Notes under the pieces: model-generated
Told to the model about the DNA's origin: nothing
Seen by the model: only the letters and a program-made list of their open reading frames with translations
The model's database searches: none
Source of the DNA: Bugula neritina
Taxonomy: Eukaryota > Animalia > Bryozoa
Length of the DNA stretch: 64,000 bases
Assembly: GCA_964035545.1 (NCBI GenBank)
Contig: OZ037769.1
Coordinates: 434,001 to 498,000, forward strand
Direction: 5' to 3'
Shown here: positions 59,001 to 64,000 of the stretch, one piece after another
Layout: each line of letters starts with the position of its first letter
Numbering within the stretch: position 1 is the stretch's first letter
Translations under genes and position numbers: made by a program

Positions 59001-62000
59001 ATGAATTTTTTTCAGGAAGGAAAGTCCATGAGCATTAAGCAGTTCCATTACTTGTCATGGCCAGATCACGGCGTCCCACAATACATCAGCCCCTTCCTGA
59101 TATTTGTACGCAGAGTGATGTCAGTGACCAGCCGTATGACTGGCTGCTTAGTTGTACACTGCAGGTAAAGTGTTGTGTATAACAATGCAGGTAAAGTGTT
59201 GTGTATAACAATGAAGGTAAAGTGTTGTGTATAACAATGTAGGTATATAGTGTTGTATGTGTAACGCTGCAGGTAAAATGTTGTGTATAGTGTCTATTAT
59301 GTTTATACAATACATATAACTAACTATATTACTTATTACCCATCACTAAATAACAATAATATAATGGTGATAATAACAATCATATTTACCAAATATTCTA
59401 GGTACAAAATAAAATTAAGATAGCACAAAAAGATATTTAATGACACACTGAAAGATTGGGCTGCATATTGATCATCTATATTGATGCTGGATGTTTCCTA
59501 AAAAGTTTGAGAAAGAGCTTATAGAAGTTTCAACTCTTCAAAAAAGAGAGCTATTACACATTTTGTTACAGTGCAATGAAATATAACCAATTACTTTTTA
59601 TTCTATAGCCATGCATATGATAAGAAAAAAAAGTGAAATCGAAACTATTCTAATTGCGATTATATATATTAAAGTACTTGTCAACAAAACTTTGGGTGTC
59701 TATATTTTAGTGCTGGAGTGGGTAGAAGTGGAACATTCATAGCCTTAGACACTTTAGCTAAACAGGCTCAAGATAGAGGAGAAGTTAATCCTTTTGAGGT
59801 AGTGCGAGCTATGAGGAGAAGACGACCTTGCATGGTGCAGACCAAGGTCAGATAGGTTGTCTTTCCTTGTAAATAATACGCATATAATATGTTGTACATA
59901 TTGAAGGTATTTACAAATGATATAATGCTAAGCTGGATTTAGGTCTAGTAGAACTGTGATTCAAGACCGTATATGGTAAAATGATTTGCATGCTTATTTG
60001 AACAGTTGCTTCAAAATATTCCAAAACAGTTATTAGGCTTGACCTAGGGATTTGCAGTTTGAAAAGACCTGGTAAAGCAATCAAAGAATGTGCCCAGTAA
60101 TTTATAATAAAAAAGTCGTACTATAAACACTTTGATAAACTATTTTAGGAGCAGTACGTGTTCACCCACCAGGCACTGGAAGAGTATTTGGCTACAGATG
60201 AGTTCAGCTGTGAGGCTACGGAATTGGAAACAAAGCTGGCAGACAATAGTGATGATATCTACGTCAATAGGAACATCATATCAGAGGAGTTTGATGTAAG
60301 TTATTACGAGAAGATGTCTTCTTACTATATTGAAGGAATAAGCCACAACATCTACATTGATATACGCTGTTAAAGGAAACACATTTTAGGATTTAGTGTA
60401 TAGGAATTATTAGGTAAAAAGCAAGGTGGTCACAAGTAAATAGTATTTGCATTCCAATTGTTTCCACAATAAACTTGTATTATTTAGTAATAATATCACA
60501 TTATTTCTACTTTTAAACTTCAGAGAATTGAAACTCAGTTAAGACGGGAGATTCACAACTACTCAATAGGAATGGAGGAAAGTAACAGACATAAGAACAG
60601 GTTTCCTGATATCTTACCATGTGAGTCGGTCTGTTGTTGAATGGGAAATTTCTTTATTTACTGAAAGTTGCCATGTAGTATGTTGGCCTTGCTGACCAGT
60701 GCAGCTGTGACTTAGGTTTAGTTTTCACTAGGTGAACTTTTTTTTCAAAGCGAAATGACTATACTTCATAGAGCCTCCTGTAACCTTAACCTTAATTAAT
60801 TTTTACTAAACTAAGCTCTTTAAGTCTGTTTATTAATTTTAGTTTGAGACCAAGGTTAAAATGCTCACAAAACATAATTTATTTTGCTATGATTACAACC
60901 TAGAGACAGGCTTTCTCAGTTTTGTAATTACTGCTTCTCTCTTGCAAGTTTATAATAACCATCCCTTTGAGAAATCCCTGATGCATGAAAGGGGTTTTTA
61001 TTAAATCAGGCTAAAGACTTATTCAGGTAGGAAATAGGAGAAATTATGACTGGATGCTCTTCTTAACATCACCAATGAATGGCTTTTGTTGGGGCTTGAA
61101 CCCATGACCTCGTGCTTATAACGCTCTTACCCCTAGACCACGGCTGCTCCTTGCCATTACTGCTTCTACCTTGTACTTAATTGACAGTATTGCAAGAAGT
61201 GTGTCAGCATTGTATTATCAAATTTATAGGATTATATAAATATTTTTAATCTTTCAAGATGGTTGTAAAATGAACAAACCGAACTGTTTGTGTTGCAGCT
61301 TCCAGACATGGTATCTATGCTGGTGGTGTATACATCAATGCTGTGGTGGTGGATGTAAGTGTAAAGAATATTCTCTTCTATTCAGGCGCATGCTGTTGTT
61401 GCTTAATTTATTTGCATATAGTGCTCATTAACAGGAGCTGTTGGCATTAAGGTTATTCTAAAATGCTGTTTATATATGTTTTAGTAATGTGTTTTTCAGC
61501 AAAAATTTGTTTTACATGTTAATAAGTAATAATAGAACCTCCGTTTTCATATTTATTTTTTGCTTTTTATAGGCTTTATTGATAGTACCATTATCATTAT
61601 TCTTTAATTCTGATTTGAGAGTATTAACGGCTGTTGTCTGACTTGAAGTAGCAAATAGTCCAACAGATAATGAAGTTAGAGATATTTCATACTTTAGAGT
61701 TACCGCAAGAAGCAGAGTGTAATAGCTACTCAACTTCCTCTCTCAAACACTGTCAAGGACTTCTGGACTATGGTGTTGGAGCAAGAGATCAAGGTGGTGG
61801 TGCAGCTGGAAATGGGGGTTTGTAAAACAATATTCTCGCTTTCAAAGACATCAATGATCAAAAGATGTTGTCGTTACTGTGTACTATGATACTATTATAT
61901 AGGTGTCTCTATTTCTAGTAACATTCAAATTAGTACCGATGCAATTATGAAATCACCAGTACCTAAATTATAGCATAATATAATGTTTTATAATACCGAG

Positions 62001-63841
62001 GTACAACTTTATCTTTGTGTCGGTATTTTGAAAATGATATTTTATAGATAAGAAAAATTCATAAACAAATTAAAACAGTTGCATAAAAGTTTAATATTTA
62101 AGAATATTTTTTAAGTTCATGGCAAGAGAATTAAGCAGAGAATTTTATTGCAACAGGAGGACGTGTTCTATCCAAGCAAAGACACGGGATTTGTGGACTC
62201 GGACGGATGTATTGTGAGTCGCACAGGAAGTGAGAATGTCAAGAATGTGAAAATCATCAAACTGACGGTTAAGAGCATAAAGGTAATCTGGTTATTGATA
62301 ATTGTGTTTCTGTGAAACAAAGAGCCAAATATGAAACACATTTTAAATTAGAATTTCATTCAAACCACAATGATAAAAGCATTGTAGTTACTGGCTTATT
62401 AAAATGTGGCAGTCTCACATCTTAACACAGGTATAGTTGATGCAGCAAGCTAGTAAATTATTCACTGTATTGGCAGGTGAGCAACGTTACTCTGATCTGT
62501 ATCAACAACTGGTTAGATGATGGAAACTCTCCCTTCCCTAAACCTGCGTCTCTCCTCTCTTACCTGGGAACTCTGGAGAAATATCAACAGTGGACTGGAG
62601 ATGAGAAGATATGCATAACTGACTTGTAAGTCTCCGTCACATGCTGCCTCTTGTCACTTGCTGCCTGTTTCCTTTACACGCTTCCAGCTGAATTTATAGG
62701 TTTATGTGATACTCAGTTTAGAATTACTGTAAAATCGTGAACTTGACAGAAACAAGGAAGTACATACTGCTGGTTATCAACATTTTAAGAAGCTATCTTA
62801 AGTATCTATAAACCTGATGTTTGGGTCATTATTTTACTAGTAAAGTCTGCCAAACCAACATACCATATCATAACACATGCTAGAATCATTTTAAAGCATC
62901 CATCTGTTAGCATTCGACAACAAAAACAGTGACTGAAGCAAAATATTAATTTCATTTCACTTGTTTAGGATAATAAATTATTTGGTTCATCACTCAACTA
63001 CCTACGTATATCTCCAGGGATATTTCTAGACTTATTTTTCACTTGATGATTACGACATCAAATATAAAATATTTGCTTCAGGGATGGCAGCAGCAGATGT
63101 GGTCTCTTCATCTGTGCGTATGACGCTGTGGAGAAGCTGAAAACTGAACAGGAAGTAAATGTTTACAGCACTGTTCTACGAGCAAGACAAACCCGCCCAC
63201 AGTTTACTTCTAATCTGGTGAGTCATTTTGGCTTTTACTTTTCATTTCACTAAAAGCAAAAATTGTTATTTTTCTAACTAGGAATTATATTTAGAAGTCG
63301 CAATTGATCAAGAAAATAAGCAAATAAATGATAATAAATGAATAAATAGTAATAATTCAGATAAAATTTTCACATTTGTAAGTATGTATGTGGAACTAAA
63401 GAATTGTTTTTACTTTTTTTTAAATTTCAACTAGATTATTTCTGAACAAATAACTAAATTACAAAACATTGCCAGATATTGGTATTGGTATTGTTGCAGC
63501 TTTCATAATAAGGTACTAAGTTTGTTAGCCTTAATTCTACCAGAGTTGATGAATTTGGTGTATAGCTTCTTTAGCAATCCCATTACAAACATAGGTTGTA
63601 TTTTATGCATTATATCAAAAGAAAAGATTTTCAAAGGATTATCCTGTTTTCTTATTAGCTAGGATATATCAGTATTGACTCTCTGTATTATTGAATATAT
63701 GTATATATATTACTGATTTTCTATATTACTGACTATTTATATCTGTTGATGTTGTAGGAAAGTTACAAGTATCTCTACAACCTTCTGCAAGCTTACATTG
63801 AAGGCTTCTCTAAATATGGCAACTTCAAAGTTATAAACTGA
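44040..63841 (+). CDS. Receptor B: receptor-type protein tyrosine phosphatase with 2 F-type-lectin-like + 4 FN3-like ectodomains, TM, D1 and D2 PTP domains, about 1380 aa
   Basis: 31 exons: 44040-44103, 45594-45785, 47109-47360, 47920-48132, 49243-49485, 49737-49846, 50659-50809, 51376-51464, 51710-51914, 52043-52152, 52356-52524, 52685-52779, 53111-53306 (or 53300), 53422 (or 53455)-53581, 55105-55151, 55279-55511, 56262-56349, 57655-57728, 57998-58034, 58373-58470, 58626-58751, 59016-59164, 59711-59846, 60149-60295, 60524-60620, 61299-61354, 61698-61817, 62157-62282, 62477-62625, 63082-63217, 63758-63841. Frame open throughout (4152 nt with the first-listed boundaries). D1 motifs [50 protein letters not shown]; D2 [25 protein letters not shown]. 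Confidence 0.92.
48715..48786 (-). mobile_element. tRNA-like SINE head, similar to family 2
   Basis: Minus strand GGAGCAGTCAAGGTCTATAGGAGTTAGCGCGTT..GGTTCGAGCCC resembles the 5' end of 60961-61150 (GGAGCAGCCGTGGTCTAGGGGTAAGAGCGTT..GGTTCAAGCCC). Confidence 0.5.
53872..54838. mobile_element. Non-autonomous TA-flanked DNA transposon (Tc1/mariner/pogo-like MITE, about 970 bp) in the intron after the TM exon of receptor B
   Basis: TIR GGGGAAACCTGGGTGATATG ... CATATCACCCAGGTTTCCCC; TA at 53870-53871 and 54839-54840; internal GGGTGATATGGACC repeats in both orientations. Confidence 0.87.
55584..55665 (+). mobile_element. Short tRNA-like (GCA loop) SINE head, family 1
   Basis: A box TGGTGTAATGG, TTGCAAG loop, B box GGTTCAAATC; acceptor stem does not pair. 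Confidence 0.65.
56329..57260 (+). repeat. 35-bp tandem repeat (about 27 copies) spanning a PTP exon/intron junction
   Basis: Unit AATACATTGGATTATATCCAG|GTGGGTTTATCTAT; the first unit is the real end of exon 56262-56349. Confidence 0.97.
59161..59290 (+). repeat. About 26-bp tandem repeat (about 5 copies) duplicating the splice donor after the catalytic HC codons
   Basis: GCAG|GTAAAGTGTTGTGTATAACAAT is repeated with increasing decay. Confidence 0.85.
60961..61150 (-). mobile_element. tRNA-derived SINE-like interspersed repeat, family 2
   Basis: Second copy of 7234-7425; the minus strand has A box TGGTCTAGGGG and B box GGTTCAAGCCC. Confidence 0.72.
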
Positions 63842-63890
63842 TTTGGGGAAAATTTCAGATTCATATTTATATAATTTATTGTAAAACTTT

Positions 63891-63969
63891 TGCCCCACTG
63901 GGATTTGAACCCGAGACCACTGGCTTGCAAGCAGGTGCACTACCATTACACCACAGAGGCTATTGGGTA
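63891..63969 (-). mobile_element. Short tRNA-like (GCA loop) SINE head, family 1, 50 bp after the receptor B stop
   Basis: Minus strand GCCTCTGTGGTGTAATGGTAGTGCACCTGCTTGCAAGCCAGTGGTCTCGGGTTCAAATCCCAGTGGGGC; best-preserved copy. Confidence 0.65.
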
Positions 63970-64000
63970 AACTCATCAGTATATTTACTACTTGAACAAA

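Noticed and set aside
60781-60795. TAACCT repeats resembling telomeric sequence
   Set aside because: Only two copies; expected by chance.
44040-63841. Assigning a vertebrate gene symbol (PTPRA, PTPRE, PTPRK, PTPRC)
   Set aside because: The ectodomain matches none of them, and orthology cannot be established without a phylogeny.
63891-63969. Functional tRNA-Cys gene (also 55584-55665)
   Set aside because: Stems pair poorly and several mutually diverged copies are dispersed in the window, which fits SINE or pseudogene origin; tRNAscan-SE is needed to be sure.

Overview
AT-rich, intron-rich animal DNA; an invertebrate source is my inference, and no species call is possible. Hand-splicing on GT..AG boundaries with consistent phases gives a cluster of cell-surface and secreted recognition genes. 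(1) The 3' part of a multi-domain Ly6/uPAR (three-finger)-like GPI-anchored gene (+, 1-3870). (2) Three intact secreted PAN/apple + F-type-lectin-like genes (-, 6053-9164; -, 14317-15899; +, 17997-19250) and a nonsense-mutated last-exon remnant (12916-13157); these look like a duplicated head-to-head pair. (3) A Shisa/CX-like single-pass membrane gene that the ORF track misses (-, 21035-28435). (4) The main finding: two tandem paralogous receptors sharing upstream DNA and 13 exons of ectodomain (2 F-type-lectin-like + 4 FN3-like domains) but with different intracellular modules. Receptor A (31050-39177) ends in sushi + TM + a tyrosine-motif tail with a canonically spaced ITAM. Receptor B (44040-63841) ends in TM + tandem tyrosine phosphatase domains (D1 catalytic motifs intact, D2 pseudophosphatase). 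This looks like a paired activating/inhibitory lectin-receptor system (inference). The window also holds MITEs (one nested in a hAT-like element), tRNA-derived SINE-like repeats, mini/microsatellites, and tandem repeats that multiply splice sites inside the phosphatase domain. Gene models are manual, and domain names come from motif recognition, not database searches.
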